Source: Octopus bimaculoides (lineage: Eukaryota). From it: a stretch of 58,808 bases of DNA. The number at the start of each line of letters is the position of its first letter. Position 1 is the stretch's first letter. The notes beneath the pieces are model-generated. The model was not told the DNA's origin. It worked only from the letters and a program-made list of their open reading frames with translations, and did not search any database. Positions 13,586 through 26,288 of the stretch are shown here, in pieces. Location: contig NC_068991.1 of assembly GCF_001194135.2 (NCBI RefSeq), positions 18,313,040-18,371,847 of the forward strand, written 5' to 3'. Made by a program: the position numbers and the translations under genes.

Positions 13586-13868
13586 GTTGTATTTGGGGAC
13601 GGTCATGTTGCCAGTTTAAGCCAATAAAAACACATGCACTATATATTTGGTGTTAATTTGCTTCAGCTTTAATTTATTTATTAAAAGAATTTTTTTTAAT
13701 TAAAAAAATATTTAATATCTAACTTTTTATTTTTTAAAAATTTATTACATTAATCGTATTACGATTAATGTAAAAAATAAATTAAAGCTGAAGCAAATTA
13801 ATACCAAATATATAGTACGTGTGTTTTTATTGGCTTAAACTGGCAACATGACCATCCCCAAATACAAC
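13586..13868. repeat. 94-bp inverted repeat with internal 14-bp perfect hairpin
   Basis: Arms 13586-13679 and 13775-13868 (4 mismatches). TTACATTAATCGTA-T-TACGATTAATGTAA at 13745-13773. Confidence 0.88.
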
Positions 13869-13885
13869 TATATATATATATATAT

Positions 13886-14175
13886 AGCATGTGGCTAAAT
13901 GGTTAGGGTAGTTGGCTCAAGATCATGAGTTTGATACCTGGTGGTGTGTTGTGTCCTTGAGCAAGACACTTTATTTCATCTTGCTCCAGTCCACTTGACT
14001 GGCAAATATGAGTAGTTCCTGCATTTCAAAGGACCAGCCTTGTCACATCCTGTATCTTGCTGGATCTCCCTGAGAACTATGTTAAGGCTACATGTATTTA
14101 TGGAGTACTCAGCCACTTGCATGTTAATTTCACAAGGAAGCTGTTCCATTGACCATATCAACTGGAACCCTCGTC
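13886..14175 (+). mobile_element. Hybrid SINE: family F head/body + family A tail
   Basis: 5' gtggctaaatggttaggg...gagcaagacactttatttc...ctccagtccact; 3' gccttgtcac...ctgagaactatgttaagg...caactggaaccctcg. Confidence 0.6.
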
Positions 14176-15230
14176 ATTATTTGTGTTTACGTTCCTGATG
14201 AGCATTAGGTCCCATAGCAAGTGCAGACATGTCTGTGTGGACAAGAAGTTTGCTTTCCAACCATTTGGTTCCCTTGTGCAGCACCTTGGGCAAGTGTCTT
14301 CTACTATAGCCTCAGGCCAACTAAAGCCTTGTGAGTGGATTTGGTAGGAGGAAGCTCCATCATGTGTATATGTGTGTGAAAGTGCTTGTGCCTCCTTAGC
14401 ATTTTGCTCTGAAATTAGTGGAATAATAGCAACCTTACTTGTAAGGCAAGAAATGGTTGGTGACAGGAAGAGCATCTAACTGTAATAATACTTCCTCAAA
14501 AAAAAAAAAAAACAATTAACCACCCTAACTGTGCCAGCATGGAAAAATAATTAAAAATGAACCTTAAATGAATGAATATATGTGTGAGTATATCTTTTTT
14601 TACTTGTTTCAGTCATTAGACTGTAGCCATGCTGGAGCACCTCCTTGGAAAATTTTTAGTCAAATGAATTAACCCCAGTACTTAAATTTTTTGCTAATCC
14701 TGGTACTTATTGTATCAATCTCTTTTGCAAAACCGCTATGTTACAGGGACATAAGCATTTCAACACCGGTTGTCAAGAAGTTGTGCGGGACAGAAACAGA
14801 TACAATGACACAACCCGNNNNNNNNNNNNNNNNNNNNNNNNNNNNNNNNNNNNNNNNNNNNNNNNNNNNNNNNNNNNNNNNNNNNNNNNNNNNNNNNNNN
14901 NNNNNNNNNNNNNNNNNNNNNNNNNNNNNNNNNNNNNNNNNNNNNNNNNNNNNNNNNNNNNNNNNNNNNNNNNNNNNNNNNNNNNNNNNNNNNNNNNNNN
15001 NNNNNNNNNNNNNNNNNNNNNNNNNNNNNNNNNNNNNNNNNNNNNNNNNNNNNNNNNNNNNNNNNNNNNNNNNNNNNNNNNNNNNNNNNNNNNNNNNNNN
15101 NNNNNNNNNNNNNNNNNNNNNNNNNNNNNNNNNNNNNNNNNNNNNNNNNNNNNNNNNNNNNNNNNNNNNNNNNNNNNNNNNNNNNNNNNNNNNNNNNNNN
15201 NNNNNNNNNNNNNNNNNNNNNNNNNNNNNN

Positions 15231-15270
<40 letters not shown>

Positions 15271-16304
15271 GTACTGATCTGTGATAGAAAATTCAACAAA
15301 AAAAGTACTCCATCTGGTGAGAGATAAATATTATTTATTTAAATAGTGGTTTGCACCTGAACTACAGGGGTAGTTGTCTTATAGGACAATTATCCAGAGG
15401 CAGTTGTCCTGATATCATATCAAGAATCATATAGACTCATAAGGCCAGTTTCTTGGATACGCTACTGCATATACTTCCCCTTGGATCAGACACTGGTTAG
15501 TTGCAGGAATACTCCTTTTTGCCAGCTGAGTGGACTGGAGCAACATGAAATGAAGTATTCTACTCAAGAACACAATGTGTTGCCTAGTCCAGGAATTGAA
15601 ACCACAATCATGTGATCAGGAATCCAACACCCTAACCACTAAGCCACATGCCTCCACTCCTGATACCATACAACTGGTGTAATGGGATAAGGGTAAAACT
15701 TCAACAACTTTTTGACATCTGCTGGCCTTAGTGAATGATTCAGTTGATAGGTCCAGGTAGGTAGAATAACAAGGGAGTCTCTATGTGATCATTTGGCCTG
15801 CAAGAAATAGTAGCTAAATCTTTCTCAAATTACATCCTATTGCCTTCAAAAAGGAAGAGTACATTGGTTATTGCAGTCTTAAAGATATAATGCTCAATAA
15901 AAAAAAGATGGGACAGTCATGGCTGGAATTCTATTTTGATCATAAGTTTGCTGGATCAGAGCTGACCTGGGGCTAAAAAATCACTAGATCCAGATGGATC
16001 TAGGGTTATACAATGCCTGGATCAAGATTAATCTAAGGCTAAACAATCACTGGATTAAGATTGATCTGGGACTAAAAAGTCCCAAGCTAATCTGAAATCA
16101 AGGCTGTGAAATGTATTTTTAAAAATTTTACTTGTTTCAATCATTGGACTATGTCCCTGCTTGGACACTGATTTTAAGAGTCAAAAATATTAGTGGACCC
16201 TAGTGCAGGTCAGTGGCTCAAGGAATTAGAGCTGCAGTCATCTCTTCTGTTTTGAGAGCATCAAATACTACATTATCTATGTATGTTGCCAATTGTAAGA
16301 TGAT

Positions 16305-16620
16305 GTGAAATTAACGTGCAAGTGACTGAGCACTCCACAGACACGTGTACCCTTAATGTAGTTCTCGGAGAGATTCAGCGTGACACAGTGTGACAAGGCT
16401 GACCCTTTGAATTACAGGTACAACAGAAACAGGAAGTAAGAGTGAGAGAAAGTTATGGTGAAAGAGTACAGCAGGGTTCGCCACCATCGCCTGCCAGAGC
16501 CTCGTGAAGCTTTAGGTGTTTTTGCTCAATAAATACTCACAGCGCCCGGTCTGGGAATCAAAACCGTGATCCTATGACCGCGAGTCCGCTGCCCTAACCA
16601 CTGGGCCATTGTGCCTCCAC
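16305..16620 (-). mobile_element. SINE family A copy, tail truncated
   Basis: Same head and body sequence as the other copies. Confidence 0.88.
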
Positions 16621-19511
16621 ATTGGATACTGTATTCCTGATTATATTGTCTGGAATGGTTTGATTAAAGCTTTACAGGGTGAGAGCTGACCAGGCATCAG
16701 ATAACTCCACGACATAAAAAAGACAGAAAAAAGTGATTTGTCTAAAAGATAAAAACAACAGCATTAATAAGAATATAAGTTTTCTTTCTTTATTTCTTAG
16801 AATTCACCGGAATATTTACAAATTTCATCATATGAAACAGATGATATATTTCTCTTGCTGAAATAAATTCAGCAATATTGTATGTATGTCTCTTCATAGT
16901 TTTTGCATTCACACATGCACACCGCACATGCATACAACATATGCACCCAAACACATACGTAAGCCACTGAGCAAGCCTGTTTGCAGTCACTCGATCTGCT
17001 AGAAATAGCAGCGAAGTCTCCACCGTATCTTATCTTACTGTCTGAGAAGAACAAAATAAGATGCATGGGATATTGTAGTCCTAGATATACAATGACTAAA
17101 AATATAAGTGATAGTGAGTGTCATGGCTTCAATATTTTTGATTGATATGTCTATTTGACGAGGCCCGACATGGTGTTCAACAACAATCACAACATATACA
17201 GAGGCACATGAATTCAATATACACACTTCATTACACACACACACACACATCACCATCGAACGTTCCTTATCCATGCCGGCATGGGTTGGACGGTTTCACA
17301 GGATCCAACAAGATGTACGGTGATATCAAGCACCAGTATTAGCTTTGGCATGGTTTCTATGACAGGATATCTTTCCTAATATCGATCACTTTACATATAC
17401 TAACACACATTCTCTCTCTCTCATGCACCCCCCACACACAGATGCACATAATTACATGTGGTTACACATATATGTACTAACACACACACACACCAAACAC
17501 ATTATCACATTCAGATTCACTGATGACCCCATCCAACAACGTTTTCCCTCTCTCTCTACACCTCCTCCTGCATCACGTTGTTATCATATCTTATTTATTG
17601 ATCATTCACTGAATATCAAACATTGAATGTTTTGTTGTCATCTTCTTCATGGAATATCAACAACTCAAAACTTCCAGAGGCATGTAACAAATTTCTCAAA
17701 TAAAAACGAGCTGAACTTTCATTTTCTCAATAAGACAATAACTGTTGAGTTTCTGGTCGAATTTGATCGTAAGTTCAAGGTTTGAATGTCTAACCATAGA
17801 CTAAGATAATTATGGTGTAGTTAACAAGCCAACGAGTGAACCAATGATCCAAATGGTAACTGGACACGCTAGAAATAGCAATAAAATCTTTAAATTACTC
17901 ATCCTACTGTCTCAAAAACAAACAAACGGGAACGACATATTAGATACATTTGAAAAAAAAAAAAAAAAAGATGGGATGGTCATGGCTGGACTGTCTCTTT
18001 GATCAGGGATGATCTGGAGCTAAACAACAATTGCGTGGTGTCCCTGAGCAAGGTACATAACTCTGTTTTCTTTCAATCTACCTGACTTAAAAATTAATTT
18101 CCATTCTCAACTTCATACAGATGAGTGGTTACTTGTTGTTGGGAAGACATAACTGTCGGTGGGAAAAAATAAGCACAAGTAAACATGGAAAATGTTGTCA
18201 TCATCATCATCATCGTTGTCACTTAATATTAGGCACGAATGTTTTTTTTTTTTTGTAAATTTGCTATGGCTGTCGTATGTACGTTTGTAGCCAATATACA
18301 ATGGTAAATTTAAAGGCAAGTTGAGTAATATATTTAGCATCTTGGGATCAAAATGCTATTACTGCTAGCATGATATTTTATGCACTTTAGTCCATGTTTC
18401 TGGATCATTAGTTATTCATTACATAAGGGTGGATGACGACAGAGCTGGCAGACAATCAGCCAGGGTGATTTTAATTTTCCCAAGTTTGGTGTTCGTTACT
18501 GCTACTGCTGGTATTAATATTGTTGTTATCGAAAGTTCAAAGTTCAAACATTGCACAGAGCAGATGGAATTTGCATTTTATTTCATTCCTTCTTTCATAT
18601 CTGATTAAAGTAAAGTCTTTAGTAAGGTATTAGTCTGTTCTTGTAACACAACAATATATGTTCCATATACTGCACTTAAGTAAGGTAATTTATTACGATT
18701 GTTCCCACCGCCACCGCCATAATTATTTTCATCATCATCATCATCATCATCATCACTACCACCATCATCATCGTTGTCACTGTCGGTGCTAATAATGTAT
18801 GCTGGAGATAATGCCGAAGGTGAGTGTAGGGCTGTTTTGGATAAGTCAATTGCTGTGACTGCCTGAAGCTAATTCCTGTTCTTTTTTTTGCATATGTAGC
18901 TGTAGCTTATCCCTTTAATAAAGGCATCAATGTCATACAATCTCATTCCACTATTTGTTTTTAAAACAAAAGTTTTAAAAAAGAGAACCAGTGCTGGATG
19001 GATGTCTGTGTTGATAATGTATCAAATAACCAAGTAAGAATTTGTGGTTTGTATCCAATCACCAGTACACGGGTCAAAATATACTCAATTTTCAGTTGTC
19101 TAAGTCTGGTTGCTAATGTAAAAAACAACAACAACGAAAAACACCATTATTATGGGTGAACCAGTATTGCAGAATCATCAAAGAATAGTTTATGGATTTG
19201 TATCAGTTATAGAAATTAATTTATTAGTTCCTTTGGGAAATGCATAAATACCACCATATCACCCAATCCATCCATTCATACTTTGTTGGGAACATACTAC
19301 CTTTTTTTTAAAAAACGAAATAAATATTCTTTCTTTTTGAATTTAAAATAAAAACAGGGCTGAAGTTCAAACTTCCATAACTTTTTTTTATCCTTTATAA
19401 TGTTAGGTGTTTTAGATGTCGTTTCAGAAGTACAAAAGTTTGTTCTTCATTTCATGGATTTTTACTTTGTTGCTGTTTCAGTTTCTCAAAATTTTAACAT
19501 TTCCAGAAGAT

Positions 19512-20684
19512 TCATGTTACTAAATTATCCACAGGGGTTGTTGTATCTGGAATGTGGAAAAGCTTCTTGGTTGCAAAATGGGATTTTTGTGTGTAACCCT
19601 CTGTAATTCTGGTTTGTGGTAAATTTAATAGGGGACAAAAGAAGCAGGTTTTTCTTTTCTTGTGAATTGCATGAAGGAAAGCTTCATATTCGTAGCAGCA
19701 GCTTTGAATTTTGTTTTGATAAACTGGCAATATGGTAAATGTGGGAAGAGTGGCACTGTGTAAGGGCTTTTTGATGATTTCGTGAATTAATTGTCTCTTG
19801 TATTTCAAACACTGTTCATAGATATTCCTGCAGATGAGTTTCAATGCAGAACGAAATTGCGAGTTATTGTAGGAGTAGATCCATGGATTCAAGATGCAGT
19901 TGAAAATAGCTAAATAAAGTAGGCCAGTCCGAAATCTCTTCATGGTTTTCAAATTGGTTGCACTCTCAAAGACCACACACATTTGAAAAGGAAACCAAAG
20001 TAGAAAAGCACAGATGATGCAGGCAATTGTTTTGGCATATTTTGTTTTTCTACAAGCTAAGCTACCATTGTGATTCAGTGAAATCTCCAGAGTTGCTATC
20101 ATCTCACTATGGCGTTTTGCGATTCCATATATCTTATAGTAGCAGAAAAATGTCACAAGACATACTGGAATAAAGACTGCAACGAAAAACAGTGCATATG
20201 TATTTTTCAAAATGACTTGAAGGAGTAAAATATTATCATCAAATAACAAGAGTCCATTTGTCTCCCATTCAATAAGAAATGGTGTCCATGCTACAACAGT
20301 GCAATAGAAAACTGTGAGGGCAATCAAGTAGAGTGTCCTTTTTATTGTGACATTTGCCTTATAGGAAAGTGGCTTCATCAGAGTCTGGAAGCGATTGAAA
20401 GCTATCAAGCACTGGGCACTGAGAGAAGCACCAGACATATTTATCAGCATTTGATTTGAGACTAAATAAAGGGGACGGTATGATTCCATGACAGCAAATG
20501 GCAGGCAAAATGCAAGAGTGATGTCAAAGCATGCTAGAATGAGTACTGCGATATAAGTGGCAGTTTGAAGCTGTTTGCTGTATAGGATACATATAATTAC
20601 TACAATGTTTCCCAGAAGAATAAGTAAGATAAGGACTATTGGTACTAGTAAGTAGACCAATGATAACAAGTTTAGATTCTCCAT
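19512..20684 (-). CDS. Intronless class A (rhodopsin-like) orphan GPCR, 390 aa
   Basis: Seven hydrophobic helices with GN (TM1), LACFD (TM2), IAFNRF (TM3), W (TM4), FIP..CYYKIY (TM5), FLLWFP (TM6), NCILNPWIY (TM7) and helix-8 FRSAL. Kozak gcaactATGG. Confidence 0.95.
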   Translation of the reverse strand: MENLNLLSLVYLLVPIVLILLILLGNIVVIICILYSKQLQTATYIAVLILACFDITLAFCLPFAVMESYRPLYLVSNQMLINMSGASLSAQCLIAFNRFQTLMKPLSYKANVTIKRTLYLIALTVFYCTVVAWTPFLIEWETNGLLLFDDNILLLQVILKNTYALFFVAVFIPVCLVTFFCYYKIYGIAKRHSEMIATLEISLNHNGSLACRKTKYAKTIACIICAFLLWFPFQMCVVFESATNLKTMKRFRTGLLYLAIFNCILNPWIYSYNNSQFRSALKLICRNIYEQCLKYKRQLIHEIIKKPLHSATLPTFTILPVYQNKIQSCCYEYEAFLHAIHKKRKTCFFCPLLNLPQTRITEGYTQKSHFATKKLFHIPDTTTPVDNLVT

Positions 20685-20921
20685 AGTTGCAAAATTTTCT
20701 TTAAACTTTCTTCGAAATTTTTTCTTTTTCTTTGTTTCTTTTAAGTTTCACAAGACATAATTCTGGTTTCTGTCTTTTGATTCTTCTCAAATGCCTCTTT
20801 TACTAAAATAAAATAAAATAAAAAAAAAAATTCCAACTTCTTTGAAGATTTGTTTTGGTTGTTTCTCATTCTCTATTCTGTTGGTTCTGACATTATCATT
20901 TTGGTCCAGAATAAGAAACCT
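20685..20921 (-). promoter_or_regulatory. GPCR 5' UTR portion with two candidate splice acceptors (20921-20920, 20804-20803) and short uORFs
   Basis: ttttatatactttgcag| and ttttattttattttag| on the minus strand. uORFs MIMSEPTE* (20899-20873) and MSCET* (20758-20741). Confidence 0.5.
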
Positions 20922-22982
20922 GCAAAGTATATAAAAGAATGATGAAGACTTCTAGAAGCATTAGAAAAAAAATTATAGCTGAAAAAACAATAAGAAGAAA
21001 CTTAATGTGTGTGTGTGTGTGTTATTAAGGCAAAAGCAACAAGCTGGCAGAGATTTCAAATTTGGGCACAAGGCCAGTAACATTGGAGAACAGACTAAGT
21101 CAATTACACATTGCTTGACTGGTACTTATTTTACTGACCCTGAAAGGATGAAAGGCAAAGTTGATCATGGCAGAATTTGAATCCAGAACATAAAGACAGA
21201 CAAAGTGCCACTAAGCATTTTGTCCAGCATGTTAACGGTTCGGTCAGTTGACTGCCTTAATAATAATAATAATGGTTTTAAATTTTGGTAGAAGGCCAGA
21301 AATTTCAGAGAAAGTTGATTACATTGAACCCCAGTGTTCAACTGATACTTGTTTTATTGACCCTGAAAGGATGAAAGGCAAAGTTAACCTGAGAGGTATT
21401 TGAACTCAGAATGTGAAGATGGATGAAATGCTGCTAAACATTTCTTATAAAGATTTAAAGAGGCTGATGGGTTTTTTAAGGGGGTGAAAATTTGTTCCTG
21501 CATTTTTCTAAGAGTAGCATGTATTAAGGGGTCCCAGTTCAATGAAGCAGATCTAAGGCAAAAAATAAAGAAATATTAAAAAAGTAAAAATAAAATCCTT
21601 ACTCTCTACACATGCGTGAGTATATTTATGTTGTTTATGATTGTGTGTGTGTGTGTGCATGTGTGTGTAGAGTTGAGAGAAAGAGGAAAATTGGAGACTT
21701 AAGATGAAGGAGTAAGAAGTAAAAGCATAGGAAGTGGTTGGCGTTGGGAAGGGCATCTAGCTGTAGAAACTCTGCCAGATCAGATTGGAGCCTGGTGCAG
21801 CCTTCTGGCTTGCCAGTCCTCAGTCAAATCGTCCAACCCATGCTAGCATGGAAAGCAGACGTTAAACGATGATGATGATGATGATGAGAGAAGGATCCAG
21901 CTACAAGAGGATGGATAGATGGATAGATGAATGGCTGGATGGATAGGTAGAGACAGAAAAAACATTGGAAGGTAAAGAGAGGGCAAGAAAAAGATGAGAG
22001 GAGAGCTAGTTAAGAAATAGGAGAAAAAGAGAGTGCACAGAAGGAGAGAGAGAGATAGTGGGAAAGAGGGTTAGAGAGAGAGAAAGAGCATAGAGGTACA
22101 GAGAAGGAAGTAGACAGAGAGGTACAGAGAGAGGGAGAGATGAAGTGTAGGAAAAGAAAAAATAAGGTAATGTAGAGGAGAAAAGTAGGTTTCTTTTATC
22201 TCTACTAAGCAACACTAGTTTAAGCAAACAGTTGAGTAAGAACGAACACACACACACACACACAGACAGACAAGTACACTGAAGCACACGCACTCATACA
22301 TACCCTCAGAGGTGCAGTAGTTCTTTTGTTATTGACTTGCACCAGGACAAGACGTGCAAGAAGGCAAGGGAAAGGAAATGTGAGGTGAGATTAGGGGTAG
22401 CAGGAAGAGGGGGAAAAATACTCATTTACTCTTTCTCTTTCTTCTCTGCTGATTCTCTCGTCAAACATAATTTATTTTGGAACAAGTCCTTTACTCCCTT
22501 ATTTGCTCCCTCTCCACCCCACTCTCTCTCTCTCTCTCTTGCTTTTTCTGCATTCTTCAATTTTTCTGATCCTCCAGTCACACTTTGGTGGTGGTGGGAT
22601 AAATTTCTTTTGAGGTTCCTTTCTTTACCAACCCCTTTTTTTTTTTTTTTGCACTGACCTAATGTCACCTTACACGACAAGAAAACAGATTATAAGGGGT
22701 TTGGGTATACAAAAGAAATAAATATAAAACAAACAACACAAAACAATATCAAAATATATAAACAGAAAGTGTAGGACGTTGTGGTGGGTGTGAGGACTTA
22801 GTGGGGACTGTACTATTGGGGTAGATGGTAGAGGGGTTGGAAGATAAAGGGATTAACATTTTTTAATTTTTGTTTTTCTAAATCAAATTTCAAATTGTGA
22901 TTCCTTACCCATTTTTTTTTTTTAAGGATTAAGATAAGTTTGAGGATTTTCTCATTCAGAACAAAAAGAATGATAGAAATAA

Positions 22983-23210
22983 TTCACCCTTTAGCATTTA
23001 AGCCGGCCATATCCAGCTCAAATATGCCCCCTGTTTTAAGTTCAAACTGGCCAGGTCTAGCCTCTCACACCTACCCTACAATGTCATCCTAAAAATAGAC
23101 AATCACATTATCAAAATCTCAAAGCTGTGATACAATACATGATTAATTCAAAACAATATGAATAAATAAGCTTTACATTTCACAGAATAATCTGAATGTT
23201 AAAGGGTTAA
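22983..23210. mobile_element. TTAA/piggyBac-type MITE copy
   Basis: ccctttagcattta...aatgttaaagggTTAA. Confidence 0.75.
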
Positions 23211-23439
23211 ACAAACAACTTCTAAAGTAATGGAAAACAACCCCCTACATTATTATTACTATTCTGTGTAATACCAAAATGCTACCTATTGCAATAAGTT
23301 ATAGAAAGATTGGGAACAAAGTTAGCTTCAGTGGGGGTGAGGGTGAAACTCTGATTAATTCAGATCAGTTGAAAGCTTTCAATAAAGTCAACCTTCATTT
23401 CCTGATCCCTCCCTGAAAGTAGCTGGCTTGGACCTATTT

Positions 23440-23640
23440 TTGCAACCTGGATCACTGGTTTTCAGCCCCCTCTTGCTTATCATAGTCCTCCAGGCCATAA
23501 TACAGGAATTCAAGACTGGCTGCCCCGAGGAGTTCCTCTATACTGATGACCTTGACCTTATGGCTGATTCACTACCAGAACTAGAAAAGAAATTTCAGGT
23601 GTGGGATGAAGTAGTGAGAAAGGGTCTTCAGACACTGGAT
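23440..23640 (+). pseudogene. Degenerate RTE reverse transcriptase fragment
   Basis: FSPLLLIIVLQAIIQEFKTGCPEEFLYTDDLDLMADSLPELEKKFQVW, matching LSPLLF...YADD of RT domains 4-5. Confidence 0.8.
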
Positions 23641-25217
23641 CTCATTGATGAGATGACAAAGGACTGGGACTTGTGGTGATTTGCTGTACTTGAGAAGACA
23701 TGTCGAGCTAAGTAAAATCGTGGCCATCCATACATACAGGCATGTCCTTTAGGGCCATGCCCCCACTCCCTCTGCTAACTGACAGGTCTTTGTCTTGTAG
23801 GTGCCATTGCCATGTAAAAGGCATCCAGCACACTCTGTAAAGTGGCAGGCGTTAGGAAGGGCATCCAGCCGTAAAAACCATGCCAAATCAGACAACTGGA
23901 GCCTGGACAACTCTCCAGCTGGCCGGCTCCTGTCAAACCATCCAACTCATGCCAGCATGGAAAATGAATGTTAGATGATGATGATTGGGCTATTATTAAA
24001 GAGAAATGGTAGTGGATTGGCAGAGTTGGTAAGTTGCCAAACAAAATGCCTTGTAGTATTTACTTAAGTCCTTTGTTCTAAACTCATATTCTATGGAGCT
24101 AAAAGTTTGCTTTCTTCCTACAAGGTTTGATGTAAAGTACTGCCCAAGCCCTTCCTCAAATGTATTGTCCCTGGTGCTTATATAAGAAATTATTATCATA
24201 ATTTATTTCCATTAAGACAGTAACGAATTGGCAAAATTGGTTGAATTATGACCTAATTGCATAGCAGTGTTTAATTATGTCCCTTTATTTTCTGAGTTCA
24301 ATCTCTACTCGAATCGGCTTTACCTTATCAATGATTGACAAAATTAGTAGTAGACTTAATACAGTCAACTGTCTGACTTGGACAATTAGTTCATTCTTTC
24401 ATCAGATTACTCAGTCAAATGCAATGCTTATCTATTCACATTGTTTTGAACTTAATCATGATTTTTATCTTGTAGCTTTAGGATTTCGATGATGCAATTG
24501 TTTATTTTTTTTAGAAAGGCATTGTAGGTAGGGGTAGGTACGGGAGACTGGATCTGGTTGATTTGGTCATAAAACAGGTCGAATATTTGGGCTGGATATG
24601 GCTTGTCTAAATGCTAAAGAGTCATAATGATCATGAAGACACGAGTTCCAATTTCTGTAGTAGGGAAGTACTTTTTGAGATATATAATTGTTACACATTG
24701 AAACCCCTATAACAAATATGGCTAACCCATTTAGAAATTAGAAACATGACATAAGATAAGAAACAGCTCACAACAAAAACATATACAAGAAAAAAAACAA
24801 AAACAAACAAACATAGATGTCCTATTATCAGCTGCCTAGCACAAATCCTTATATTAAAACTTCAATCTAAACAATAATATATCCAATCTGGCAGATATGA
24901 CAATGAATATCTGATTGCCATTGTTTTTTGTCATCAGAGAATACTTCTTCCCTTTTGACCAGTGGTTCTCAACCAAGGTCCAGATGAGCCTTAGGGGTCC
25001 ATATGAGATTTTGTTGCTGATGTTTATGTGCAATAGGGTAAAGACCTAGAATTTCCAAATGTAGCTGGGAATGCAATTATTATTATTAGTCATGTTTGCC
25101 TTTCATTCTTTTGATGAAATAAGTACCAGTTACATACTGGGGTTGGTGTCATTGACTATCCCCGTCTCCCCAAAATTCCAGGCCTTGTGCCTCTAGTAGA
25201 AAGGATTATTATTATCT

Positions 25218-25422
25218 GTGCCTGCGGCATGTCTAAAGACTTTCGAGCGAGATCGTTGCCAGTGCCCCTGGACTGGCTCTTGTGCGGGTGGCACATAAAA
25301 TACACCATTTTGAGCGTGGCCGTTGCCAGTACCGCCTGACTGGCCTTCGTAGGATTTTCGAGCGAGATCGTTGCCAGTGCCCCTGGACTGGCTCTTGTGC
25401 GGGTGGCACATAAAATACACCA
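25218..25422 (+). repeat. 115-bp tandem unit (RTE 3' UTR VNTR) running into a gap
   Basis: cgagcgagatcg at 25244 and 25359. The same period is seen at 43000/43115. Confidence 0.85.
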
Positions 25423-26288
25423 NNNNNNNNNNNNNNNNNNNNNNNNNNNNNNNNNNNNNNNNNNNNNNNNNNNNNNNNNNNNNNNNNNNNNNNNNNNNNN
25501 NNNNNNNNNNNNNNNNNNNNNNNNNNNNNNNNNNNNNNNNNNNNNNNNNNNNNNNNNNNNNNNNNNNNNNNNNNNNNNNNNNNNNNNNNNNNNNNNNNNN
25601 NNNNNNNNNNNNNNNNNNNNNNNNNNNNNNNNNNNNNNNNNNNNNNNNNNNNNNNNNNNNNNNNNNNNNNNNNNNNNNNNNNNNNNNNNNNNNNNNNNNN
25701 NNNNNNNNNNNNNNNNNNNNNNNNNNNNNNNNNNNNNNNNNNNNNNNNNNNNNNNNNNNNNNNNNNNNNNNNNNNNNNNNNNNNNNNNNNNNNNNNNNNN
25801 NNNNNNNNNNNNNNNNNNNNNNNNNNNNNNNNNNNNNNNNNNNNNNNNNNNNNNNNNNNNNNNNNNNNNNNNNNNNNNNNNNNNNNNNNNNNNNNNNNNN
25901 NNNNNNNNNNNNNNNNNNNNNNNNNNNNNNNNNNNNNNNNNNNNNNNNNNNNNNNNNNNNNNNNNNNNNNNNNNNNNNNNNNNNNNNNNNNNNNNNNNNN
26001 NNNNNNNNNNNNNNNNNNNNNNNNNNNNNNNNNNNNNNNNNNNNNNNNNNNNNNNNNNNNNNNNNNNNNNNNNNNNNNNNNNNNNNNNNNNNNNNNNNNN
26101 NNNNNNNNNNNNNNNNNNNNNNNNNNNNNNNNNNNNNNNNNNNNNNNNNNNNNNNNNNNNNNNNNNNNNNNNNNNNNNNNNNNNNNNNNNNNNNNNNNNN
26201 NNNNNNNNNNNNNNNNNNNNNNNNNNNNNNNNNNNNNNNNNNNNNNNNNNNNNNNNNNNNNNNNNNNNNNNNNNNNNNNNNNNNNNNN

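Noticed and set aside
19512-20684. Idea that the GPCR is nested in an ERMARD intron or is an aminergic/adenosine receptor ortholog
   Set aside because: ERMARD terminates at 34309. The receptor lacks D3.32 and no orthology can be assigned without a phylogeny.
25244-25422. 115-bp tandem units as a CRISPR-like array or retrozyme
   Set aside because: There are no unique spacers and no hammerhead core on either strand. The units belong to an RTE 3' UTR.
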